From the NCBI GenBank assembly GCA_963699545.1, contig CAVOUE010000003.1, positions 640,001 through 704,000 of the forward strand: 64,000 nt of DNA, in the 5' to 3' direction. Positions 49,046 to 58,261 of the stretch are shown piece by piece (position 1 is the first letter of the stretch; the number at the start of each line of letters is the position of its first letter). The position numbers were made by a program, and so were the translations under genes. The notes under the pieces were generated by a model. That model saw only the letters and a program-made list of their open reading frames with translations, ran no database searches and was not told the DNA's origin. This DNA is from Nitrospirota bacterium. Lineage in GTDB: Bacteria > Nitrospirota > Thermodesulfovibrionia > Thermodesulfovibrionales > UBA9159.

Positions 49046-49702
49046 ATGAAAAGGATAGGCATTTTATTAAGCGCCTTGATCATGGTGTTTGGGCTATCTG
49101 TCTCTGCGTATGCAACGCTCCAGGACATGGGAGATGGGACGATTTATGACACTACCACGCAGTTAAGTTGGCTGAAGAATGCCAATACGGCAGGGTTGAT
49201 GAATTGGAGTTCAGCCGTTGCCTGGGCAGCAGGTTTAAACAGTGGCAGTGGCTTTGCGGGGTTAACAGGCTGGCGGCTTCCGAATACCTCTCAGCCGGAT
49301 ACGAATTGCAGTAATAATTTTGACCCCGGTGGAGGCTTTCAATATTCTGGATATAGTTGCACCGGTAGTGAAATGGGATATTTGTACTACGTTTCACTGG
49401 GCAATGCGGCTGGCGGTCCATTGACCAACACAGGCCCATTTACAGACTTGCAGGCCCCCAACTACTGGTCAGGTACCGCGTATGCGCCGGATCCGACTGT
49501 CAACGCATGGTCCTTCGGTTTCAACGATGGCGTCCAGGGCATCGGCGATCAGAGCGGTGGCTACTACGCCTGGGCAGTGCGTCCCGGGGCAAGAGGATCA
49601 CAAGCATCGCCTGTACCGGCAAGTGGGACGGTTGGCCTGATCGGCCTCGGACTGGCAGGGCTGGTAATAGTCGGGATGAGGCTTAGGAAGGCAACCAGGT
49701 AA
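49046..49702 (+). CDS. DUF1566 (Lcl-type) surface protein with C-terminal sorting signal; DGR target gene
   Basis: Signal peptide; GDGTIYD...LSWLK, GWRLP, YWSGT...AW.F.F...YAWAVRPG; tail PVPASG + TM helix + RLRK. Confidence 0.9.
   Translation: MKRIGILLSALIMVFGLSVSAYATLQDMGDGTIYDTTTQLSWLKNANTAGLMNWSSAVAWAAGLNSGSGFAGLTGWRLPNTSQPDTNCSNNFDPGGGFQYSGYSCTGSEMGYLYYVSLGNAAGGPLTNTGPFTDLQAPNYWSGTAYAPDPTVNAWSFGFNDGVQGIGDQSGGYYAWAVRPGARGSQASPVPASGTVGLIGLGLAGLVIVGMRLRKATR
49449..49587 (+). repeat. DGR variable repeat (VR)
   Basis: Manual alignment to 50370-50505: about 27 substitutions at template adenines, about 7 at other bases, one 3-nt indel. Confidence 0.9.
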
Positions 49703-49771
49703 CGATACGATAGCGTCCCGGACATGGGCGCTTTGGTGATTTGGATTATTTGGTAATTTGTTTTTTGGGGT

Positions 49772-49791
49772 GCAGGGGGAATTCCCCCTGC
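49772..49791. other. GC-rich perfect palindrome downstream of the DGR target (candidate homing hairpin)
   Basis: GCAGGGGGAATTCCCCCTGC. Confidence 0.65.
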
Positions 49792-49827
49792 CTTCGCGTA
49801 ATTTTTTAAAAGGGTTGAGCATCAGCA

Positions 49828-50232
49828 ATGGCCAGGTATGAACATTTGCCGATCGACAAGAAGGCCATGGATGTGGCGGTCCACTTCGAAAAGGTGGTTG
49901 CCGGGTTCAGCCGGTATCACAAATACACCCTGGGCACAGAGCTCCGCAACAAGAGCAGGGATATTCTAGGTCTCATAGTGAAGGCAAACTCCTCTTCTGA
50001 TAAACTGCCTCATCTTCTTGAATTGCGCGAGAAGGTCGAGGAGCTTATAATCCTGATTCGCTTATGCAAGGAGGTGAAGGCATTTAAGAGCTTTGCGGCT
50101 TTTCAGTTTGCCGTCGAAGAGGTAATCTCAGTAAGCAGACAGAACGAGGGATGGCTTAAGAGTGCTGGAACAACAAAAAGGGGGCCGGAATCACCTAAAG
50201 GAAATGAGCGAGATCATTCTTCCTTCAGGTGA
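49828..50232 (+). CDS. avd: Avd-like four-helix-bundle accessory protein
   Basis: LPI.KKA.D, F.R.HKYTLG.ELR, ...IRL...SRQ.EGW; located between VR and TR. Confidence 0.8.
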   Translation: MARYEHLPIDKKAMDVAVHFEKVVAGFSRYHKYTLGTELRNKSRDILGLIVKANSSSDKLPHLLELREKVEELIILIRLCKEVKAFKSFAAFQFAVEEVISVSRQNEGWLKSAGTTKRGPESPKGNERDHSSFR

Positions 50233-50369
50233 GCGTGCCGAGATCGATCATTGTGCGTCTGTCCCGCTTGCGGCTGATGCAAGCATGACTATACAGGACG
50301 GGATACCGTTTGGCGGATTCCCGCCCGGTGGGGCGGAGGAAAAGCTCTGCCAGAAGTGGGCAGACAATA

Positions 50370-50505
50370 TGCAGGCCAACAACTACTGGTCAGGCACTGA
50401 GTATGCGCCAAATACAACAAACGCGTGGAACTTCAACTTCAACAATGGCAACCAGAACAACAACAATAAGGACACCAACAACTACGCCTGGGCAGTGCGT
50501 CCCGG
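50370..50505 (+). repeat. DGR template repeat (TR)
   Basis: AAC/AAT-codon-rich copy of the VR (NNYWSGTEYAPNTTNAWNFNFNNGNQNNNNKDTNNYAWAVRPG). Confidence 0.92.
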
Positions 50506-50628
50506 CGCAAGATCACAATCACAAGCATCGCCTGTACCGGCAAGTGGGACGGTTGGCCTGATAGTAATGGGACTGGCAGGGCTTGGGGTAATTATCTATT
50601 CGAGGAAGAAAAGAAGCCTGAATCAAGA

Positions 50629-51183
50629 ATGTCAGAGATAGCGGAGTCAAACAATGACCAGAAAGGAGCGGTCTCGGGAAATACGCAATTCCTGAGGACG
50701 GCCCTCCTGTTTTGTTCTGTAGTTGTCCTTCTTGACCTCTTAGTCTGGTATCTCGGAAGAAAAGAATATCTGGCCTTTCTCGACATCATTACCTCATGGG
50801 TTGTTGCAAACCTCATCCAGTTCTCCGGTCTTCAGGTAATCAGAGACAGCAATACAATTTACCTTGCGCACAGCGAATGGGTGGTCACCACTGAATGCAC
50901 CGCAATTTTCATCATGCTAATCTTCACATCCTTTATCCTGGTGTACCCCTCTTCCGTTAAGGCAAAGGGCCTCGCGCTTCTCACAGGAATACCCTTCATC
51001 TTCGGGGCTAATATACTGAGGCTTTTTATGATGGCGTGGATAGATAAACTCAGGCCTCAGTATACAGAGTATTTTCACCAGTACATCTGGCAGGTGGTCT
51101 TCATCGTGATGGTCATTTTCATGTGGCTCTTGTGGATTGACAAGGTAGTGAACCGTGAAACCAGGGTATCTCTTCCTTCTTAA
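50629..51183 (+). CDS. Exosortase/archaeosortase-family protein (XrtH-like)
   Basis: Multi-TM protein with Cys-Arg-His triad: VTTECTA, NILRL, FHQYIWQ. Confidence 0.85.
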   Translation: MSEIAESNNDQKGAVSGNTQFLRTALLFCSVVVLLDLLVWYLGRKEYLAFLDIITSWVVANLIQFSGLQVIRDSNTIYLAHSEWVVTTECTAIFIMLIFTSFILVYPSSVKAKGLALLTGIPFIFGANILRLFMMAWIDKLRPQYTEYFHQYIWQVVFIVMVIFMWLLWIDKVVNRETRVSLPS

Positions 51184-51649
51184 ATTCCTGGGATATTCCC
51201 TGGTCCTGTTTGCTTTCGGGCATCAACTGCTGCACGGGTATGCAGCGTTACTGAGGGAGGGAATGGACCTGCTGAACCCAGATTACCATGTTCCAACCGT
51301 ATTGAAGATTTTCTCTACGGCTCCTCAATGACGATAATCGCATTCATTGCCCTTGTGCTTGCGACACCAAGGATCTCCGGCAAAAAAAAAGACAGGTGTT
51401 ATTGGTATCGGTCTTATAGCGTTCTTCCTCACCGACTGGCTGTTTATTCAGTACGTGATTTTCCCGACAGGACAACCACCGGCAAATGAAGACTCTCCAG
51501 CCTTTGAGATGTACCTGTGCGCTAAATGGATCTTGCCGTTCCTCATGTGGATAATTCCATGCTATCCGTTTCTCGGACATTTTTTTGCAACCACCAAGAA
51601 GGTTCCTGAGGATGCGATTACGGACTGCCAGAGCCGCAACGATTCTTAG
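51155..51649 (+). CDS. Exosortase-associated membrane protein, frameshifted
   Basis: GTG start overlapping the exosortase; hydrophobic segments (FIALVLATP, WILPFLMW) spread across frames. Confidence 0.6.
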
Positions 51650-52156
51650 TTTGTATCGATAATCTTCGTCTTTCTGACCAATTGATTCTGTGTAGTAGCG
51701 GGGGAAGCTAATACGGGGAAACCTTTCAGTGTAAGAAGGGCATCCGCGTGTGTAGTGCGGTCGTTACGGTAAAAGTTTCTCCACGAACTCTTGATTGACC
51801 ACGTCGGTACTCAACATTTGTTTCCGAAAGAATCTCTCACCTGTGGTAGAAAAGCGACAGTGTTAATAACAGGAAGTAGTCTTGCCTCTCATCTCCACCG
51901 ACTAACAACCGTGGTTCAATTAATTGCAACAATGAAGATTTCCGAGAGAAGTCTGCGGTAATAATGAGTTCGGCGGCTTAGCCGCTGAAAGATTGGTTGT
52001 GGGACCATTTTCCTATTCTCTGTTACTTATTAAGTTGTCTAAATTGTCAACATTCCATATTTGCCAGGTCTCCAAAATAGCATTCCGGAAGTTTGATAAG
52101 AAGAGAGAATTTCACTCTTTCTCATGCCTGTGTTGAGTAAGGACTTCCGACGTTTT

Positions 52157-53635
52157 TTACGTATACGCATAATCATTATACGCCAGCATTTGCAGGATCT
52201 TTGTAATTCTGTAACGCTTGCTAAAGATATTGGGCATTACTTTGATGATGAAAACAGATCGTTCCCAGTTGAGAGAAAGAAGCAGGCTGGCCATACGGAG
52301 CGCAAAAAGCAGACGATAGTGGAACTTTATAGGGTCAGCTTCATTTTGCTGAAGCCAGAAGCCCAGATCCCCGAAATATCTTAGCCTCCGATAGATCGAC
52401 TCAAAAGAGTAGATGCTCTTGTTCACCTTTTCGAATCCCGCCAGGAGCTCTTCGGGAGTCAGATTCGCCGGCTTGAAGACGACATTCTTTGTGTCATACT
52501 TACTCCAGTCTTTATGAATAATGCGTCTTTCCTCTTCAAGCCGTTTAAAGAGCTTGGTCCCCGGAAACGGGGTGAGAATGTTGATGATAGGCTCCATTAT
52601 ATGGGCCTCATCGATAAAGGCGATCAATTCATCAAAGGAGTCCCGCGTGTCGAAGTCATAACCCAAGATAAATGATCCGAGGATTAGCAGGCCGTGTGAA
52701 TGTATTTTTTCGATCGCCTCCAGATAGTTGTGCTTCATATTAACGTTCTTAGACATCGCCGACAAATTCTTTTCTGAAATGGATTCAAAGCCGATAAAAA
52801 CAGAACCGCAGCCGGCCTCTTTCATCAGTTTCATCAGATCCTCATGCCGGGAAAGATTAATTGATGCCTGACAGCCCCATTTGATATTCAGCGGTTTCAA
52901 TGCAGCAAACAACTTGCGGGCATAAGGTATGTCCGCGATGATATTATCATCAGCGAAGAATATCGCTTTCCCCTTGTTTTTATAGCGGCCGCTTGCGAGG
53001 TTCAGGGAATTGATTTCCTCTATGACCCTCTCGACCGGTTTATGCCTGATCGTCTGCCCATCAAAAGCGTGCACGGAACAGAATTCGCAATGAAAGGGAC
53101 AGCCTTTCGTAGTCTGCACGAAATCATTGATATATTTCGTACTATCGAGTTGTGACCTGTCCGGAGGCTGAGCGGCAGCTAAATCTGCAAGCCCATCAGC
53201 CTTATAAGTCCTCTTTAGGGCGCCTCGTTGGGCGTCCTCGACGAGTTTCAGCCAAACCTTCTCAGCCTCACCGATTACAACGGCATCGCAGTAGAGGATC
53301 GCCTCTTCCGGGCACATGGAAGGGTGTATTCCTCCCAACACCGTCCTGGCCCCGCCCTTCCGAAAAGTTTCCGATATCTCATAGGCCCTCTTGGCATGCA
53401 TTGTCCTCACGCTTATGCCGACCAAGTCCGGTTTCCACCCGTAATCAATATCTTCTATGTTTTCGTCGAAAACCCTTAGGGTGTGTCCATGAGGCGTTAA
53501 AGAAATCAGGGCAGGTATTGAAAGCATATAGGAGTAATATTTTCTTGAGCACAGGAATTTGGAAAAGAATTTGTAATCGTAATAACTCTTTTCTTTTTCA
53601 GAGAAATTCTTGGGCATAACAAATGCTATTTTCAC
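52157..53635 (-). CDS. B12-binding radical SAM protein
   Basis: VLGGIHPS, GEAE, TKGCPFHCEFC, DDN, GFES, TPFPGT. Confidence 0.92.
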   Translation of the reverse strand: MKIAFVMPKNFSEKEKSYYDYKFFSKFLCSRKYYSYMLSIPALISLTPHGHTLRVFDENIEDIDYGWKPDLVGISVRTMHAKRAYEISETFRKGGARTVLGGIHPSMCPEEAILYCDAVVIGEAEKVWLKLVEDAQRGALKRTYKADGLADLAAAQPPDRSQLDSTKYINDFVQTTKGCPFHCEFCSVHAFDGQTIRHKPVERVIEEINSLNLASGRYKNKGKAIFFADDNIIADIPYARKLFAALKPLNIKWGCQASINLSRHEDLMKLMKEAGCGSVFIGFESISEKNLSAMSKNVNMKHNYLEAIEKIHSHGLLILGSFILGYDFDTRDSFDELIAFIDEAHIMEPIINILTPFPGTKLFKRLEEERRIIHKDWSKYDTKNVVFKPANLTPEELLAGFEKVNKSIYSFESIYRRLRYFGDLGFWLQQNEADPIKFHYRLLFALRMASLLLSLNWERSVFIIKVMPNIFSKRYRITKILQMLAYNDYAYT

Positions 53636-53873
53636 AATGAGCTCATCCCCTCATGCAATATTTAGGCTCGCAGCATTATGGAAACACACTCTTAACGTAG
53701 CGCATCTGCGCCATGTCGGTCAAGGAGAATGCCTTTATCTAACCCACCCTCCACTGAAGCCTCGTAAGGACCACCATGATTTACACACACTGCATTGCCA
53801 TTTCTCCTGAAGTCTCTACTAATGAACGCTTTTTCAGGAAGATTGGAATGAACGATTAAAGATAGAAATCTAA

Positions 53874-55142
53874 TCAGAAAGAGCTGCCTGTTTCTTCCCC
53901 GACATCGGGGTCAGAAAAGAGAAACGATTCATGTGCGATAACACAGTTCTTCCCCTCAGACTTCGCTCGATACAGGGACTCATCAGCGAGTTTTATTACA
54001 TCCTTTATAGAACGTGCATCAAATGGAAAACATGCTATACCACCGCTTATGGATACACAACCACGAGGTTGCTTTTCCCTGTGAGGAAAAGGATGGACTG
54101 CGATAGTTTCCCTCAAGCGCTCGGCATAGATTATGGCATCTACTTTCGCAATCCCGGGGAGGATAACGATGAACTCCTCACCTCCGTATCGTGCGGCAAC
54201 CGATCCCTTCCGCGTAGCGCTGAGCACCAAGCTGCCCAGTTCCTTTAGAAGTTCGTCCCCTGCGGCGTGGCCGTTTTTATCGTTATAGTTCTTGAAGTCG
54301 TCAATGTCAAAGAGAAAGATCGAGATTGGGGTGTTGCTTTCCATAATAGACTTCTCCACAAAGACCTGGGCCATCTGGAAGAAATGCCGGCGGTTGCTCA
54401 GACCGGTCAACGGGTCAGTATTCGCATCCCGCTCTGCCTCTCCGATGATTGAACGATTCACAAGCACCATGCCACCTATATCCGCAATAATCTTCATCAA
54501 GTTGTTTTCATTGCCGGTGGGGTTTTTGACCTGTCCGATGGCAATAACACCAAAAAGACGACCACCTATATCAATCGGAGCTGCCATCCAGAGTTGCGAG
54601 CGAGTGTCTTGCTGACTGATATGTCCCTTATCGTCACGCCCTCTGATTTTCACCATGCCGTCCCGGGCCGCCATCCCTACTATTCCTTCTCCCAACGAAT
54701 AAGAGACTTGCTCCTCATCCTTCTGACCGTGAGCACCCAATTTCTTTAGCTGGTTGTCTTCTATGTCAAATCTATAGAGATCAACCGTGTCCGTCAAGAT
54801 AAGATCACGCACGAGATTAAGAATAGTTGAGATAACTTCGTCAGACTTCGCCGTGTTCAACCGATGGATAATGGCTGATACTTTCCCCATGAAGGTCAGA
54901 TAGCGGCGGTTGAGGTTATTGACATTATGTATTTCGTCTCGAAGATTTTGAATCTCTTCGTCCCTGGAAAGTATGTCCTTTTGAAAAGCTTGACGCTGCT
55001 TCTTGTTGTCAGTTTGCTCTTGCTCTCTGCGACTGGTTAGCTTGCCTCTGCGGTAAGCCACAACACCTACGACAACCATACCGATTATTGCCAAAATGAG
55101 CATAATTCCAGACAAATCATACATATTCATGCTCTCCATCAA
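53874..55142 (-). CDS. Membrane-anchored GAF-GGDEF diguanylate cyclase
   Basis: N-terminal TM, GAF region, DIDDFKNYND, RYGGEEF. Confidence 0.9.
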   Translation of the reverse strand: MMESMNMYDLSGIMLILAIIGMVVVGVVAYRRGKLTSRREQEQTDNKKQRQAFQKDILSRDEEIQNLRDEIHNVNNLNRRYLTFMGKVSAIIHRLNTAKSDEVISTILNLVRDLILTDTVDLYRFDIEDNQLKKLGAHGQKDEEQVSYSLGEGIVGMAARDGMVKIRGRDDKGHISQQDTRSQLWMAAPIDIGGRLFGVIAIGQVKNPTGNENNLMKIIADIGGMVLVNRSIIGEAERDANTDPLTGLSNRRHFFQMAQVFVEKSIMESNTPISIFLFDIDDFKNYNDKNGHAAGDELLKELGSLVLSATRKGSVAARYGGEEFIVILPGIAKVDAIIYAERLRETIAVHPFPHREKQPRGCVSISGGIACFPFDARSIKDVIKLADESLYRAKSEGKNCVIAHESFLFSDPDVGEETGSSF

Positions 55143-55295
55143 TAATAAAGTATCACAGTCGATGTCGCTTTCTCAAATATAATATTTTGTATTCTTAACC
55201 AACCTTGCCTCTCATCTCCACCGACAAACAGACGTGATGCAATCAATTTCAGCAGTGAAGATTCCCGTGAGCACTGCGCGGCTGAGCCGCTTTCG

Positions 55296-56585
55296 TCACG
55301 GAAAACGCTGAAGCGCGAGCGCGTACGCCAGGTTCAGGGGCAAGGTCCAAAACAACCCGACCGGGGAACGGGACAGGCGCCTGTGCACGCTCTTCCATGA
55401 GTAGAATCGCCTGTTCGCGTGCTGATAGCCGGCCAGGAGTTCCTCCGGGCTCATCTGCCTGGGCCGGAAGACCACATCCGCCCGGCCATTGTACTTGCTC
55501 CAGTCGCGCGTAAGGATCCTGCCCTCTGCCTCCAGGCGTTGGTACAGCCTGGTCCCTGGAAATGGCGTCAGGATATTGAACGTCGCGTTCTGTACTCCTG
55601 CCCCCTCGAGGAAGTCGAGCGTTTCGCCGAAGATTGCTTGCGTGTCATTGTCGAAGCCAAAGATGATACCCGCCTGCACCGCTATACCATGGGAATGGAT
55701 CCGCTCTATCGCCCGGGCGTAGTCGGTCACGCGATTGAAGCCTTTTCGGACCTCGTCCACGCTGGCTTGCGAGATCGATTCCAGTCCGACGAACAGCTGC
55801 TTGCAGCCGCTTCGAGCGGCCAACTCCAGGAACTCGTCGTCCTGAGCCGCGTGAATGCTCGCCTGGCTGCTCCACCACTTGCGATGGTGAGCAAGGGCCC
55901 TGAAGAGCGTCTTGGCGTACTCCATGTCGCCCGCGATGTTGTCATCCCACAGGATGATGACCTTGCCCTGGAAGGAGCCGTACTCTTGAGCGACGGCCTC
56001 CACGGGCCGCTTGCGCACGCGGCTCTGATACATGACGGCGAGCGTGCAGAAATCGCAACGGTGCGCACAGCCGCGCGTGGCAAAGAGGACTCCCCCCGTA
56101 TGGTCGCGGCGGTGAAACAGGTCTTTCCGCGACATCGGAGCCTGTTCCAGGGTTGGGGGCTCGGCAGCACAGTAGCGCCGGCCATGCCGTCCAGCCTCAA
56201 AGTCAATGAGGAACTGTGGCCAGTGGGGTTCGGCTTCTCCGACAAAGATCACGTCAGCGTGCGCCTGGGCCTCCTCCGGCATCAACGTCACATGCGGCCC
56301 GCCGAGCACTACCGAGATTCCCTGGTGACGGAACCGGGCCGCCAGGGCATACGCGTGGGGCGCGCTCGGGGTGTGGAAGGTGATTGCCACCAGGTCCGGC
56401 CGCGCCGCGAAATCGACAGGTCTCACCGCCTCATCGATGTGGAGCACGGTCCAATGTGGCGGCGCGAAGGCGGCCAGATACGGCATGGTGATCTGCTGAA
56501 AGTTCAGGACACGGGAACGACGAACTTTCCGGATTTCCGGTGATGAAGCGGTGATCAGAAGGAGGGTTCGCGCTGCAGCGGACAA
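55296..56585 (-). CDS. B12-binding radical SAM protein
   Basis: LGGPHVT, GEAE, TRGCAHRCDFC, DDN, GLES, TPFPGT. Confidence 0.92.
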   Translation of the reverse strand: MSAAARTLLLITASSPEIRKVRRSRVLNFQQITMPYLAAFAPPHWTVLHIDEAVRPVDFAARPDLVAITFHTPSAPHAYALAARFRHQGISVVLGGPHVTLMPEEAQAHADVIFVGEAEPHWPQFLIDFEAGRHGRRYCAAEPPTLEQAPMSRKDLFHRRDHTGGVLFATRGCAHRCDFCTLAVMYQSRVRKRPVEAVAQEYGSFQGKVIILWDDNIAGDMEYAKTLFRALAHHRKWWSSQASIHAAQDDEFLELAARSGCKQLFVGLESISQASVDEVRKGFNRVTDYARAIERIHSHGIAVQAGIIFGFDNDTQAIFGETLDFLEGAGVQNATFNILTPFPGTRLYQRLEAEGRILTRDWSKYNGRADVVFRPRQMSPEELLAGYQHANRRFYSWKSVHRRLSRSPVGLFWTLPLNLAYALALQRFP

Positions 56586-56597
56586 ACCTGCCCTCTG

Positions 56598-57098
56598 TCA
56601 GAAGGCTTTTTTGGATTTCGGTATCTTGCTTCTCCTGAACTCCCCGCTTCTTCCGCCGCGCTTTTCCATAAGCATGATGTCCGAGATGACCATCTCTTTA
56701 TCCACCGCCTTACACATGTCGTAGACGGTCAAAGCCGCAACTGATACTGCGGTCAACGCCTCCATCTCGACCCCTGTCTGGCCCACGGTTTTTACTGTTG
56801 CCACGATATCCATCCTGCTCTTCTCTTCATGGATGGTCATATCAACGGCCACCGAAGTGATGGAGAGGGGATGACACAGGGGGACAAGCTCCGCCGTCTT
56901 CTTTGCGGCCATGATGCCGGCAATTCTTGCAGCCGACATCACATCCCCCTTGGGGACCGCTCCGTCCTTTATGAGCTTTATCGTCAAGGGCTTCATTGAG
57001 ACGCTGCCCTTTGCCACCGCCTCCCGTTCGGTTGCGGCTTTCTCAGAGACATCTACCATCCTTGCTTTTCCCTGTTTATCGAGGTGTGAAAGCCTCAT
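56598..57098 (-). CDS. moaC: Cyclic pyranopterin monophosphate synthase
   Basis: [42 protein letters not shown]. Confidence 0.97.
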   Translation of the reverse strand: MRLSHLDKQGKARMVDVSEKAATEREAVAKGSVSMKPLTIKLIKDGAVPKGDVMSAARIAGIMAAKKTAELVPLCHPLSITSVAVDMTIHEEKSRMDIVATVKTVGQTGVEMEALTAVSVAALTVYDMCKAVDKEMVISDIMLMEKRGGRSGEFRRSKIPKSKKAF

Positions 57099-57099
57099 C

Positions 57100-58086
57100 T
57101 TATCCCCCGATCCTCGACATTGGTCTCAATGACCCGGGAAATCCCGCCCTGCGGTTGAGGGCATGTCCTTCAGGCTTCACTTCTATCGATAATTTGAGGA
57201 GACGTTCTATCTCTTCATCGGATGATGAACCTCTGAGAGCGGGTTTCAGATCGATCTCGGTTTCAGAGAAGAGGCATGGCCTCAATTTGCCGTCGGCGGT
57301 GATGCGAAGGCGGTTGCAGTCGGCGCAGAAGTGGTGAGTCAATGCGCTGATGAACCCTATGACGCCGGGCGCGTTTTTGATCCGGTAGTACCGCGCAGGA
57401 CCGTCCCTCCTCAGTCTGACCGGCGAGAGGCTCCCCATCTTCTCAACCCGCGCTTTTATCTCATCAGTTGAAATATATCGCTCATCGCTCCACAGGTCTC
57501 CAGCACCTATGGGCATGAATTCGATAAATCTCACCTGGCAGGGGGTATTCAGGGTCAACCCGGCAAATGCCTCGATTTCGTCATCATTCAAGCCTCGTAT
57601 CGGCACCATGTTGATCTTCAGGGGGAGCAATCCGGCTTTTTCCGCTGCCTCTATCCCCCTCATCACCGGAGCGATCTCCCCTCCTCTTGTCATCTCCCTG
57701 TACCGTTCCTGCTTGAGGGAGTCAAGGCTGATATTCACCCTGTTCAGACCCGCGTCTGCCAGCTCCTTTGCATACTTTTCGAGGAGCACTCCGTTGGTGG
57801 TGAGGCTCATGTCCTCGATGCCGGTGATCTTTCTCAGGGAAGCGATGAGATAGGTGACATTCTTCCGCGCGAGGGGCTCTCCCCCGGTGATCCTGATCTT
57901 TCTGACCCCGAGTGCTGCCGCAACTCCCACGACTCTCACGATCTCTTCGTACGTGAGTATCTCTTTGTGCTCCACGGGCATGACACCGCTGTCGGGCATG
58001 CAGTAGACACACCTGAGGTTGCACCTGTCGGTGATGGAGATACGCATGTAGTCGATAACGCGGGAGAAATTATCACGGAGTTTCAT
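57100..58086 (-). CDS. moaA: GTP 3',8-cyclase
   Basis: [22 protein letters not shown], CxxCNRLR...G...PCL, C-terminal GG. Confidence 0.97.
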   Translation of the reverse strand: MKLRDNFSRVIDYMRISITDRCNLRCVYCMPDSGVMPVEHKEILTYEEIVRVVGVAAALGVRKIRITGGEPLARKNVTYLIASLRKITGIEDMSLTTNGVLLEKYAKELADAGLNRVNISLDSLKQERYREMTRGGEIAPVMRGIEAAEKAGLLPLKINMVPIRGLNDDEIEAFAGLTLNTPCQVRFIEFMPIGAGDLWSDERYISTDEIKARVEKMGSLSPVRLRRDGPARYYRIKNAPGVIGFISALTHHFCADCNRLRITADGKLRPCLFSETEIDLKPALRGSSSDEEIERLLKLSIEVKPEGHALNRRAGFPGSLRPMSRIGG

Positions 58087-58261
58087 GCTTGATTGTAACC
58101 CATTTAGGGAAAATTAACACCTGCCGTGGAAAATCCCGGGCACGAATACCTGGACACTGAACGGTATCAACCCAGGAGAAATCAAAACGGTCTTGAACGT
58201 TTTGATCGTGGGTCTGTTCAGGGTTCAGCGGTTCGCATTAAGGATCTGATCCCTTAAATCC

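Noticed and set aside
49713-49731. GCGTCCCGGACATGGGCGC resembles the 5' end of group IIC introns
   Set aside because: No intron RT or domain V/VI is visible; better explained as a repeat of the VR-end motif
50162-50368. N-terminal half of the 159-aa ORF spanning the avd end and TR
   Set aside because: It overlaps avd, has no recognisable domain or signal peptide and coincides with the structured spacer; TRs are often open because they mirror the VR frame
51895-52005. attC-like appearance (CTAACAA ... GTTCGGC, GCGGCTTAGCCGC)
   Set aside because: The R''/R' boxes do not pair convincingly and no integron integrase is in the window
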